A stretch of DNA of 64,000 nt from Gemmatimonadota bacterium (GCA_031367105.1 JANLPG010000078.1:10954-74953); one strand, 5' to 3'. Shown: positions 37,318 through 46,612, counted from the stretch's first letter. The notes: a model not told the origin generated them from the letters alone. Program-made: numbers and translations.

Positions 37318-38218
37318 AGAGGAGTTCCACGCCTACTCCGACGGCGAAATGTCGTCGGCGCAGCATGCCGAGATCGCCGAACACCTCCTGGCCTGCCTCA
37401 TCTGTCGATCGATGTTTGGCGAGGTTCAGGGGGTTCGGTCGCGCTCGGTGCTCCTGCTCGCGATCGCCTCCCCGCGGGTCATCAAGCGTCCGGCGTTCCC
37501 CGCGGTCCCGGCCCGGACCGGTCGCGTCAAGCGCCCTTGGCTGGGCCTCATCGCCGCGAGCATCGCGATCGTCGGTGTGAGCACTTGGCTCGCAGTGCAG
37601 CCGGTCCCCGCGAACCAACCGACGCCTCGCCTCGCCACCGCCTTCGTGGCGCCGACGCTTTTCGCGCGGGTCGGCACCGCACTCGATGCGGCGAATGGTG
37701 GGGCTGTGCTGACGTCGGATCAGCGCACGTTGACCCTCGCCTCCCGGGCGGTGGTTCACCCCCGGGTTGTTGGCCCGATGCCCTCGTTCACTCCCGTTCG
37801 ACGGATGCGCCCGCTTGAGCCGCTGGCGGAGATCGATCCGTCCGCTGACTGGGAATTGATCTCCTGGGACGCCGCGATGGCGCTGGCGCAGGGCTCGATC
37901 GCTCGCCTCGAAGGGTACCCGGTCAGCGCGGTCCGAATCCAGCGGAGCAGCAGCGGCGGCCGTCCGACCTTTCTGGTGCGGCATCAACTGGCCGACGGGC
38001 GTTCGCTCTGGGTGGTCGAAGGCCCCGTCGAGGACGTTGGCCCGCTCCATCGCCTGCTGCAGGCCAGCGGCCTCTCGATGTCGATGCCGTTGCGCGGAAC
38101 GCCCGACTACGTCGGCAGCGATGATGCGCCTCGGCGTACCGTCCGGGTGGTGACGATCGCCGCGTATCTGCCGTCGGACTCGCTGAACGTGATGGTGGGA
38201 AGGTTGACGCTGAAGTAA
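37298..38218 (+). CDS. anti-sigma factor with zf-HC2 (ZAS) motif, single TM
   Basis: Track ORF 37262..38218. GTG at 37298 (alternative TTG at 37286) overlaps the sigma 3' end. HxxxCxxC in AEHLLACLIC. TM segment LGLIAASIAIVGVSTWLAV. Confidence 0.75.
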   Translation: MRPHVPEEEFHAYSDGEMSSAQHAEIAEHLLACLICRSMFGEVQGVRSRSVLLLAIASPRVIKRPAFPAVPARTGRVKRPWLGLIAASIAIVGVSTWLAVQPVPANQPTPRLATAFVAPTLFARVGTALDAANGGAVLTSDQRTLTLASRAVVHPRVVGPMPSFTPVRRMRPLEPLAEIDPSADWELISWDAAMALAQGSIARLEGYPVSAVRIQRSSSGGRPTFLVRHQLADGRSLWVVEGPVEDVGPLHRLLQASGLSMSMPLRGTPDYVGSDDAPRRTVRVVTIAAYLPSDSLNVMVGRLTLK

Positions 38219-38227
38219 GTCGATGAC

Positions 38228-38340
38228 GGATGATGGATGGTGGATGGTGGATGATGGATAGCAACACGAAGGGCCGACTTCCCGTTGGGCAGCCGGCCCT
38301 TTGACCATATCGCTGATCCACCATCCACCATCCACCATCC
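38228..38340. repeat. heptamer-repeat palindromic element, copy A: (GGATGRT)n arm, inner hairpin, (ATCCACC)n arm
   Basis: GGATGAT GGATGGT GGATGGT GGATGAT GGAT at 38228-38259 pairs 24/25 with ATCCACCATCCACCATCCACCATCC at 38316-38340. Inner stem AAGGGCCG (38269-38276) / CGGCCCTT (38294-38301). It fills the gap between the convergent anti-sigma and actF stops. Confidence 0.85.
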
Positions 38341-38347
38341 TAATGCC

Positions 38348-39619
38348 CTAGTGCGCCGCTTCCCGCTGCAGCGTAATCAGTGCGAGACGCGGTGAGACCA
38401 TCGGGTAGCTCCGTGCGAACCAGCCAATCGAGGCGACGAACAGCCCCAGGAAGGTCAGCGTCGGACCGAGCTCGGGGAGTCCGAAGACGGGCCCGGCTTC
38501 GGCGGTGACCGACGGCATCACCAACAGGTAGCGCTCAAGCCAGAGGGCCGAAAGCGAGATGGTCGCAAAGACGCCGAAGATCGCCGGGGTCTTCTTGGGT
38601 CCGACCGCGAGCAGGCCGGTAAACGGAAGCACGAACATTCCCAGGAACACCGCACTTCCGACGACCCGCCACGGTCCCCAGAGACGCGCGAAGATGAACC
38701 CCGTCTCCTCGGGAAGGTTGCCGTACCAGATGACCAGGAATTGAGCCCACATCAGGTAGGTCCAGAACACCGTGAAGCCGAAGCAGAGCTTTCCCAGATC
38801 GTGCCGTTGCTTCGGGGAGATGAACTCGCTCAATCCAGCGCCGTGATTGCGCGAGAAAATCATCAGTAGCCCCAGCAACATATGCGCGCCCAGAAACGAC
38901 CCCATGAAGAACCAGCCGCCGAGCAGGTTGGAGAACCAGTGCGGTTGGAGCGCCATAATCCCGTCGAAGGCAACCAGGGTGAAGACGAGGGCGTAGACGA
39001 CGGCGAAGGTGGCCGCCAGACGATAAATCCTGGTGTGATTCTCGGCCTCGTCGTAACCGGTCAGCATCCGCTCATACCGCGCCTTGCGGCGGTCACTGAC
39101 CTTCGCCTTCGCGTGGAACAGGTCGGGGAGCATATCGCTCCGGATCAGCCACACGCCGATCGCGTACAGAATGCCCAGGCCAACCAGCAGCCGCGTCGCC
39201 ATCCACGGGCGGGAGAGCCAGAGAGCCTTCCCCGGCGAGACACCCGGCAACGCAGCTTCCATATTGCCGTAGATGTCGTGATAGCCCACCGTGAAGATGA
39301 GGACCAGCCCGATCAGCGAGATGGGGATGAATCCCGACACCGCCTGCGAGAGGCGGAGGATCACCCCCGACCACTTGGCATTGGCGATCTTGTGCACCGC
39401 AGTGATGGCGATCGAGCCGCCGGTGAGCGACGTGAAAAAGAGCCAGTTGACGTGAAAGGACTGCCAGGCCCGGTGGCTTCCTGCCCCGGTCAGCGCGAGC
39501 GAGAACACGACCAGCCCGATGAATGCGAGCACGCCGCCCACGGTGAGGAACGAGCCGTAATTTCCGGTCACACTCTTCTCGGTCAGCTCATCGTGCACTG
39601 CGGCGAAATCGGTGGCCAT
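38348..39619 (-). CDS. actF: Alternative Complex III subunit ActF (NrfD-like membrane protein)
   Basis: Track ORF 38348..40117. ATG at 39619 (residue 167) overlaps the actE stop by 1 nt. Begins MATDFAAVHDEL...; about 10 TM segments. Position is after actE. Confidence 0.8.
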   Translation of the reverse strand: MATDFAAVHDELTEKSVTGNYGSFLTVGGVLAFIGLVVFSLALTGAGSHRAWQSFHVNWLFFTSLTGGSIAITAVHKIANAKWSGVILRLSQAVSGFIPISLIGLVLIFTVGYHDIYGNMEAALPGVSPGKALWLSRPWMATRLLVGLGILYAIGVWLIRSDMLPDLFHAKAKVSDRRKARYERMLTGYDEAENHTRIYRLAATFAVVYALVFTLVAFDGIMALQPHWFSNLLGGWFFMGSFLGAHMLLGLLMIFSRNHGAGLSEFISPKQRHDLGKLCFGFTVFWTYLMWAQFLVIWYGNLPEETGFIFARLWGPWRVVGSAVFLGMFVLPFTGLLAVGPKKTPAIFGVFATISLSALWLERYLLVMPSVTAEAGPVFGLPELGPTLTFLGLFVASIGWFARSYPMVSPRLALITLQREAAH

Positions 39620-40221
39620 CAGCGGGCCCCTCCAGCGGCAGGCGGCAGCGGCGACTTCGCTTGCAGCGAACGGACGTAATCGACGACGGCCCAGCGTTCG
39701 TCGGGGCGGACGATCTTGTCGCCGTACTGCGGCATCCCGGCCCTGCCATAGCGGACGATGCTGTAGAGGTAGCCGTCGGCCCAATGCCGTGCGTTCGCCG
39801 TCAGCAACGAGGGTGCCCCGTTGTACGGCGTCACGGTCCCATCGGCGGCGCCCTGGAAGCCGTGGCAGACGGCGCAATACGTGTTGAACAGCTCTTCCCC
39901 GCCTCGGGCGCCGACCTTGGCTGGCCCCGTCGGGTGCTGCAGGGCATTGGCGACCAGGGTATCGAATCCGTAGACCGGGAATGCCGCCGCCGGATCGCCG
40001 ACACGCCACTCTCGCTCGCCACCGCCCATCGGCACGACGCCGGCGGGGGTATTGCGCGGAATGTCGGTCCGCTGATAGGGGTGAACCCCCTTGGACAAGA
40101 GCATATGGTCGAACCACGGCACTCGGTGCATCAGGTCGTCAGGTGACGGAACTTCGTTGTACCACCAGTTGCAGCCACCGAGCCCGAGCAGCAGGATCGC
40201 GAACGTCAGCCTACGCGTCAC
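39619..40221 (-). CDS. actE: Alternative Complex III monoheme cytochrome c subunit ActE (lipoprotein)
   Basis: MTRRLTFAILLLGLGGC lipobox and a single CAVCH heme motif. Confidence 0.8.
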   Translation of the reverse strand: MTRRLTFAILLLGLGGCNWWYNEVPSPDDLMHRVPWFDHMLLSKGVHPYQRTDIPRNTPAGVVPMGGGEREWRVGDPAAAFPVYGFDTLVANALQHPTGPAKVGARGGEELFNTYCAVCHGFQGAADGTVTPYNGAPSLLTANARHWADGYLYSIVRYGRAGMPQYGDKIVRPDERWAVVDYVRSLQAKSPLPPAAGGAR

Positions 40222-40720
40222 GGAGGACCTCCACCGAGCCAGCGGCAGTGAGCATCGCTGCTACCGCGGCGGCCTTGTCGGCACTGCAGGGGACGAAGAC
40301 CCCGATGAGGTCGTCGCTGTACTTGGGGTGGTAAGGCCGGCCCTTCAACGAGCGCATCGCCGAGAGAATGATGATGCCGGCCACGGTCGAGAGCGCACCG
40401 ACGAGCACCATCAGTTCAAAGCCGAACACCACATACGGCGGGATCGCCGCGATCGGCTTGCCACCCACCAGCAGCGGCCAGTCGCGCGACATCCAGATGG
40501 TCATCGCAAAACCGGCGGTGCAGCCGGTCAGGCCGCCGACGAGCGTCCAGAGCCGCACCGGCGAAATCGGATCGCCAATGGCTGCTTCCAACTCGTGGTT
40601 CGGCGCGGCCGAATACACCGTCAGGTCGGTGTGACCCTCGGCCTTGAGCCCACGGATCGCGTCACAGGCGGCGTCCACGTGCTGGAACGAACCGAGGACG
40701 CCAGGCACGGTCTTCGCCAT
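40211..40720 (-). CDS. actD: Alternative Complex III subunit ActD (DUF3341)
   Basis: 169 aa. N-terminus GVLGSFQHVDAACDAIRGLKAEGH plus two C-terminal TM segments. The ATG overlaps the actC stop. Confidence 0.75.
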   Translation of the reverse strand: MAKTVPGVLGSFQHVDAACDAIRGLKAEGHTDLTVYSAAPNHELEAAIGDPISPVRLWTLVGGLTGCTAGFAMTIWMSRDWPLLVGGKPIAAIPPYVVFGFELMVLVGALSTVAGIIILSAMRSLKGRPYHPKYSDDLIGVFVPCSADKAAAVAAMLTAAGSVEVLRDA

Positions 40721-42078
40721 CAGTGTGCCTCCCCGTGACTCTTCCGGCGCGGCATCGGGATCAGCTCCTTGAGCTCCTGGATCGCCACGATCGGGAAATT
40801 CTTGTAGAACAGGGTGAACCAGAGGCCAAACCAGCCGAAGGAACCGGCCAGCAGGAACCAGTCAGCCCAGGTCGGGTTGATCTGCCCCCAGGCATAGGGG
40901 AGGTAGTCGTTGGCCAATGACGACACGACGATGACGTAGCGCTCGAACCACATCCCGATATTGATGAAGATCGAGATGACGAACAGCGCCGTCACATTCG
41001 TGCGGATCTTCCGGAACCAGAGCAGCTGCGAGACGAATGCGTTGCAGATGATCATCGTCCAGCCAGCCCACCAGTTGGGGCCGAGGGCGCGGCGGAAGAA
41101 GGTGACCTGTTCAAAGGTGGAGCCGGAATACCACGCCACGAAGTATTCCATTGCGTACGCATAGAAGAGAATCGACCCGGTGAACAGTGTCAGCTTCCCG
41201 AGGTTGTCAAAGTGGTAATCGGTGATCAGGTGCTCGAACTTGAGCACCTTCCGAAGCGGAATGATCAGCGTAAAGACCATGCCGATGCCGGAATAGATGG
41301 CCCCGGCGACGAAGTAGGGTGCGAAGATGGTGCCGTGCCAGCCGGGGACGATCGACGAGGCGAAGTCCCACGAAACCACGGAGTGCACCGACAGCACCAG
41401 CGGGGTCGCCAAGGCCGCCAGGTAGAGATACGCCCTGGTGTAGTGGCGCCATTGCGAGTCCGCACCGGTCCAGCCGAGGGAGAGTGCCCCATAGACCTTC
41501 TTCTTCCAGCCGCTGACGTTGTCCCGGACCGCGGCAATGTCAGGAACGAGTCCCACCATCAGGAAGGTGCTCGAGACGGTGAGGTAGGTCGAAATGGCAA
41601 AGACGTCCCAGAGCAGCGGCGACTTGAAATTCGGCCAGAGATACCGCTGGTTGGGATAGGGAAGCAGCCAGTAGAAGATCCACTCACGACCGATGTGGAT
41701 GATCGGGAAGAGCGCAGCCGTCATCACGGCGAACACGGTCATCGCCTCGGTGGCACGGTAGACCGCCGTGCGCCACGGTGAGCGGAACAGGAAGAGAATG
41801 GCGGAGATCAGCGTGCCCGCGTGGCCAATTCCGACCCAGAAAACGAATGTCGTGATATAGACCGACCACATGATCGGCGGCGCATAGCCGGCGATGCCGA
41901 GGCCGTACTTCAGCTCCGCCGTGACGGTGCCGAAGAGGACCAGCGTGAGGAAGGCCATCGTCGCGAGCAGGATGTAGTAGCCCCGCGTCGGCTTGTCGGT
42001 GATCGACCGCAAGACGTCACGCGTGACCTCGGCGTGCGTCTGGGTTGGGATGCTCGGATCGTGCGCAATCACCGCCAT
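40720..42078 (-). CDS. actC: Alternative Complex III quinol-interacting membrane subunit ActC (NrfD/PsrC family)
   Basis: 452 aa polytopic membrane protein directly after actB. Confidence 0.85.
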   Translation of the reverse strand: MAVIAHDPSIPTQTHAEVTRDVLRSITDKPTRGYYILLATMAFLTLVLFGTVTAELKYGLGIAGYAPPIMWSVYITTFVFWVGIGHAGTLISAILFLFRSPWRTAVYRATEAMTVFAVMTAALFPIIHIGREWIFYWLLPYPNQRYLWPNFKSPLLWDVFAISTYLTVSSTFLMVGLVPDIAAVRDNVSGWKKKVYGALSLGWTGADSQWRHYTRAYLYLAALATPLVLSVHSVVSWDFASSIVPGWHGTIFAPYFVAGAIYSGIGMVFTLIIPLRKVLKFEHLITDYHFDNLGKLTLFTGSILFYAYAMEYFVAWYSGSTFEQVTFFRRALGPNWWAGWTMIICNAFVSQLLWFRKIRTNVTALFVISIFINIGMWFERYVIVVSSLANDYLPYAWGQINPTWADWFLLAGSFGWFGLWFTLFYKNFPIVAIQELKELIPMPRRKSHGEAH

Positions 42079-42079
42079 C

Positions 42080-45000
42080 TCAGTGCTCCCCCGATCCGTG
42101 GGCCGCGGCCGGCTCGCGATGGAGCACCTTGGCGAGATAGGTGACCGCCGGACGGACGTTCGTTTCTTCGAGCATCACGTATCCTCGCGGGTCGCGCTTC
42201 CACTGGACGACGACGGACTCGGGATCCTTGACGTTCCCGAACGCCAGCGCGCCCGAGGGACAGGCCTGAGCACAGGCCGGCTTGATCTCCCCGTCCTTGA
42301 GCTCCCGGTCCTCGAGCTTGGCACTGTTCTGGGCCCCGCGAATACGCTGAATGCAAAAGGTGCACTTCTCCATTACACCGCGGGCCCGGACCGTGACCTC
42401 CGGATTGAGCTGGAGATTGAGCGGCTCCGGCCACGCCATCTCACTGTATTTCGACCAGTTGAAATAGCGAACCTTGAAGGGACAGTTGTTGCTGCAGTAC
42501 CGGGTGCCAACGCAACGGTTGTACACCTGACCGTTGAGGCCGTCGGGGGTGTGGTACGACGCATACACCGGGCAGACCGGTTCACAGGGGGCGTTGTCGC
42601 AGTGCTGACACATCACCGGTGCGAAACGCGCCTCGAGTGGCTCGCCGTTCTCGCCGCCCTCCCAGTACCGCTCGATCCGTATCCAGCTCATCTCGCGACC
42701 CTTGAAGATCTGTTCCTCGCCCACGGTCGCAATGTTGTTCTCGGCGTAGCACGCGGTGACACAAGCGGAACAGCCGGTACAGCGCGAGAGATCTACCGCC
42801 ATCCCCCACTTGGGATGCGCGCCGGCGTAGTTGCCCAGCTTCGTGCGCTCAGTCTGACTTTCGTACCACCCGGCGATCGCCTCGGCTTCCTTCGGCGTAT
42901 TGACTTCGTGCGCCGGGTGCCCTTCGGCCTTGATCGCCTCTTCCGGAGTCATTCCCTTGGCGGCATAGGCCAACGGCATCGCTTCGATGATGCCACGCCC
43001 GAGCTGGCGGGGGTTGCCCGACGTCTTCGACACCTTGCGGTAGTCGCCAGTGGTCCTGACCGACACCTTGGTGCTGACATAGGGCAGGAAACCTTGGCCA
43101 TCAGCGGCACCGAGGAGGTCGAGTGCGTTGACTCCGCGCCCCTTGGCATAGCGACCGTATTCGGTATGACCCAGGCCCAGCGGCATCGCCAGCACGTCCT
43201 CGCGAATGCCAGGATAGACACAGACCTGGGCGCGGATGGTGCCGTGCGGCGAGGTGAGCTCGAGGTACTCACCTTCGCGAACATCGATCCGCCTGGCCGT
43301 TTCGGGGTTGACCTCGACCCACGACTGCCAGGTGATCTTCGTCACTGGGTCGGGATTCTCGAGCAGCCAGGGCTTGTTGGTGCCCCGGCCATCGTGATAC
43401 ATCGAACTGGGGAACGGAAGAAAGACGAACTCGCCGGTCCCATCGAAGGTCGGCGGTGCGGCCGTGATCGTCGTGGCCCCCGCGACCAGCGCCACGGCGG
43501 CTGTCGGCGCCGCGCCATAGACACCACCGCGGCTGAGCGAGTCGCGCCAGTAGCTGTCGAAGTCGCCGGCTGGCGCAGCCTTCTGCCACTCGCTCTTGAG
43601 GTGGGCCTCGAAGCTGGGCGCGGAGAAGGCGGCGAGCGAGCCGCCGGCGATCTGGGCGGCCTTGAGGAGGACATCGCCGGTGTGCATTCCGGCGAACACC
43701 GGCTCGACCACCGGCTGCAGCAAGCCGACTATGCCGTCGCGCGGACGGAAGTCATCCCAGCGCTCGAGCGCGTGCAGATTGGGCAGGATCAGGTCACAGG
43801 CCGCCGCCGTCTCATCCAGAATTGATGCGGTAGAGATCTTATAGGGCACCTTGGCGAACGCCTCGGCGAACTTCCCACTCCGGGGCAGCGCGTAGAGCGG
43901 ATTGGCCTCGTGCACCAGCACCACCTGGAGCTGCCCGGCGCGCATCGATTCGAACAGCGACAGCACGTCGCCATAGCCGGAGGCCGAGGCAGGAGCGGCC
44001 CCGAAGAGCACGGTCTTGCCGACGTTGCCAGCGGCCTCGTTGAGCAGGTTCACGGCGCGACAGAGTTCGATCGCGCCGCGGTGCTGCGCCGCCACGCCGC
44101 CGGCCACGGCCAGCGACGGCGATGCAGCCGCGAAGGCCTCTCCGAGGGCGGTCAGTTGTACGACGGTGAGACCGGTGGCCTTGGCCACCTGCTCTGGCGC
44201 ATACGCCGAGAGCGCGCCCGCCAGCGCGCTACCGCGCCTGGCGGCGACCACCTGGGCCATCGCGAGGGCAACCATCACCTCGCTGCCCGCAGGGACGTTC
44301 AGCCACTCATCTGCGTTCGCCGCGGTGAGTGAGAGCCGTGGCCCGACGAAGACGTGCTTCGACATCGTGCCATCGTGGAAGCCGTGCGACTGCGCGAAGC
44401 CACGCTGCTGCTCGACCACCGGGCCCCAGGTTTCGAGGAAATCGGCACCGAACGAGACGATGTACCGGGCATTGGCGAAGTCGTACACCGGCAGATCGGT
44501 GCGGCCCCAGCTCTGCGCATTGGCCTTGCGCTCGGCCTCGCGCGCGAAGGGCTCCCAGTGGACCACCTTGCCGCCCGCCGCACCGACCCACTGTTCCATC
44601 AGGGTGGAGAACGTCGAGGGGCCGTAGCCGTTGATCGCCGCCACCTTCCCGTTGGCAGCGAGGAACTTGGCGGCGACCCGCGAGGCGGCATCGTTCCACG
44701 AGATCGCATCGAAGCCACCGGCTGCGTTCCGTGCCATCGGACCGGCGAGGCGATCGGGGTTGTAGAGCCCCTGGAGTCCAGCCTGACCGCGGCTGCACAG
44801 CGTCCCGGCGTTGATCGGATGCTCGGCGTTGCCCTCGAGCTTGATGGGGCGGGCCTCGCGCGTCTTGACCGCGAGCCCACAGCCTGCGCTGCACTCGGTG
44901 CAGGTGCTGGCATACCAGGTTGCCACGCCAGGGACCTGCTGCTCCGACTGGACCAGATAGGGCACCAGCTTGGCGACCTTGTCCGTGGAGCAACCGGAGA

Positions 45001-45118
45001 GCGCGGCAGCACCGGCGCCGGTCACGCCCAACACCTTGAGGAATTGCCGTCGATCGACGCCGGACGTCTCGCTCTCGTCGGCCATCGCCGCTCCGTGGTC
45101 GGGATGTCTGGTCGTCAT
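42080..45118 (-). CDS. actB: Alternative Complex III subunit ActB (molybdopterin-oxidoreductase-like domain fused to 4Fe-4S ferredoxin domain)
   Basis: Tat signal DRRQFLKVLGVTGAGAAAL. Cys clusters CTGCSACVTAC, CQHCDNAPCEPVCP, CVGTRYCSNNCP, CTFCIQR. 1012 aa. Confidence 0.9.
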   Translation of the reverse strand: MTTRHPDHGAAMADESETSGVDRRQFLKVLGVTGAGAAALSGCSTDKVAKLVPYLVQSEQQVPGVATWYASTCTECSAGCGLAVKTREARPIKLEGNAEHPINAGTLCSRGQAGLQGLYNPDRLAGPMARNAAGGFDAISWNDAASRVAAKFLAANGKVAAINGYGPSTFSTLMEQWVGAAGGKVVHWEPFAREAERKANAQSWGRTDLPVYDFANARYIVSFGADFLETWGPVVEQQRGFAQSHGFHDGTMSKHVFVGPRLSLTAANADEWLNVPAGSEVMVALAMAQVVAARRGSALAGALSAYAPEQVAKATGLTVVQLTALGEAFAAASPSLAVAGGVAAQHRGAIELCRAVNLLNEAAGNVGKTVLFGAAPASASGYGDVLSLFESMRAGQLQVVLVHEANPLYALPRSGKFAEAFAKVPYKISTASILDETAAACDLILPNLHALERWDDFRPRDGIVGLLQPVVEPVFAGMHTGDVLLKAAQIAGGSLAAFSAPSFEAHLKSEWQKAAPAGDFDSYWRDSLSRGGVYGAAPTAAVALVAGATTITAAPPTFDGTGEFVFLPFPSSMYHDGRGTNKPWLLENPDPVTKITWQSWVEVNPETARRIDVREGEYLELTSPHGTIRAQVCVYPGIREDVLAMPLGLGHTEYGRYAKGRGVNALDLLGAADGQGFLPYVSTKVSVRTTGDYRKVSKTSGNPRQLGRGIIEAMPLAYAAKGMTPEEAIKAEGHPAHEVNTPKEAEAIAGWYESQTERTKLGNYAGAHPKWGMAVDLSRCTGCSACVTACYAENNIATVGEEQIFKGREMSWIRIERYWEGGENGEPLEARFAPVMCQHCDNAPCEPVCPVYASYHTPDGLNGQVYNRCVGTRYCSNNCPFKVRYFNWSKYSEMAWPEPLNLQLNPEVTVRARGVMEKCTFCIQRIRGAQNSAKLEDRELKDGEIKPACAQACPSGALAFGNVKDPESVVVQWKRDPRGYVMLEETNVRPAVTYLAKVLHREPAAAHGSGEH

Positions 45119-45119
45119 A

Positions 45120-45695
45120 TCAGTAGTGGCAGACAGAGCAATCGCGCGACACCTTCCGCTCGATATGGCAGCTGATGCAGAAACCCATATTGTTCACGTT
45201 ATTGACCTGGTAGACCTGCGACATCCGCGAAACGTTGCCATGGCAGGAGGCGCAGGCCGCGGGGCCGAGCGCCTTGATGTGCCGCTGGTGGGGGAAGTGC
45301 ACGTGCCGCGCGACGTTGTGCACCCGGACCCACTCCACCGGCTGCCTGGCACTCCAGGCCGCCTTCAGTTTGCTGATCTCGGCCTTGTTGGCGGCGCTCT
45401 TGCCGGCGATGGCGATGTGACAACCCATACAGGTCTGCATACTCGGGACGCCGGGCTCCGACGAGACACCAACGGAGTAGTGGCAGTACTGGCATTGCAT
45501 CTTGAGCTGGCCAGCGTGGATGTCGTGTCGGAAGAAAATCGGCTGTTGAGGGCCTTTGAGAGACCCCGAATCCGCCGCACTGAGCGCCGCGGGTCCGGTC
45601 GCGGCCTTCTGCGCGACGACCGGGAGCGGGGCGAGCGCCGTCAGGGCCGCTGCCATCGCCACAACGCCGAGTGCATGGACGAACCGCTTGAGCAT
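45120..45695 (-). CDS. actA: Alternative Complex III pentaheme cytochrome c subunit ActA
   Basis: Five CxxCH motifs (CQYCH, CMGCH, CASCH, CISCH, CSVCH) and a signal peptide. Confidence 0.9.
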   Translation of the reverse strand: MLKRFVHALGVVAMAAALTALAPLPVVAQKAATGPAALSAADSGSLKGPQQPIFFRHDIHAGQLKMQCQYCHYSVGVSSEPGVPSMQTCMGCHIAIAGKSAANKAEISKLKAAWSARQPVEWVRVHNVARHVHFPHQRHIKALGPAACASCHGNVSRMSQVYQVNNVNNMGFCISCHIERKVSRDCSVCHY

Positions 45696-45778
45696 ATCTG
45701 CTGACCGCCGATGAGGATCCGAGCCGGGTGCAACTCCTTGCCGGGCGCAAAGCTAGCCGATGACGGGGGTCCGTTCAA

Positions 45779-46612
45779 CTACGCCGGACCCGGGTCATCC
45801 ACAGCGTCGGCTTCCGGCCCGGAAGATTGGCCGTTCCGACGACGCACCAGGGGGGGGAGGAGTCCCTTCCGGCGGAGGAAATGACCAATCTCGAGGCCGA
45901 TCGCGCGGAAGAGGCCGGCCTCGCGGACGTCAAGATCGGCTCGGAAGATGACCTCACGAAAGCCCCGCATCACCAGGTCGGCCTGGCGTTTCTTGAAGAA
46001 CTCGATGGCGTGCATCGAGGCCTCCCAGTCGGCAAAGAGGGCTTCGAGTTCCCGGTGTGTGGTTGGCCCGGCGGCGTGTCGCGGCGGCTTCAGTGGAATC
46101 TGGTCACCCCCACGGGCCACCCAGGTCTCGTACCCCATCACCGCCCAGGCCTGCGCCAGGTTGAGCGAGGTGTATTCCGGGTTGGCGCTGATAGTCACCA
46201 GCTCGGCGCAGCGGTCCAGCTCTTCGTTGGTCAGGCCGTGATCCTCGCGGCCGGCCAGGATCCCGACCTTCCCCCCGCGACTCCGATCCACCAGCTCCAC
46301 CGCGGCCTCCCGGGGGCGCAGCGTGGTGCGCTTGGCGGTGCGCTCGCGCCCCGTCAGCGCCTGGACATAGGTGAGATCCGCGAAGGCGTCATCGATGGTG
46401 TCGTGGATCGTCATCCGTTCGAGGACGTCGGCCGTGTTATGCGCCACGCCCTCGATCCGGTAGAGGTCGACCGGGCATTCCGGAGCGACGAGGCGAATTT
46501 CGGTCACGCCGAAGTTCTTCGCGACCCGGACGCAGGAGGCGAGGTTGACCAGATCCTGGACGGCGACCAGCACCAGTACCGGTGCCGGAGGCATTTCGCG
46601 CTCTCGCTTCAT
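45779..46612 (-). CDS. SpoU/TrmH-family RNA 2'-O-methyltransferase (TrmJ-like)
   Basis: VRVAKNFGVTEIRLVAPE, ILAGREDHGLTNEEL, ANPEYTSLNLAQA. The start overlaps the upstream stop (ATGA). Confidence 0.8.
   Translation of the reverse strand: MKREREMPPAPVLVLVAVQDLVNLASCVRVAKNFGVTEIRLVAPECPVDLYRIEGVAHNTADVLERMTIHDTIDDAFADLTYVQALTGRERTAKRTTLRPREAAVELVDRSRGGKVGILAGREDHGLTNEELDRCAELVTISANPEYTSLNLAQAWAVMGYETWVARGGDQIPLKPPRHAAGPTTHRELEALFADWEASMHAIEFFKKRQADLVMRGFREVIFRADLDVREAGLFRAIGLEIGHFLRRKGLLPPLVRRRNGQSSGPEADAVDDPGPA

Noticed and set aside
38228-38340. The heptamer repeats as a possible CRISPR array or coding repeat (track ORFs here encode IHHPSSTIHH-like peptides).
   Set aside because: The units are 7 nt and contiguous with no spacers, and the two arms are complementary. 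The peptide-like ORFs appear on both strands purely because of the repeat.
39620-40117. N-terminal 166 codons of track ORF 38348..40117.
   Set aside because: They overlap actE out of frame. ActF starts at the ATG that shares 1 nt with the actE stop.
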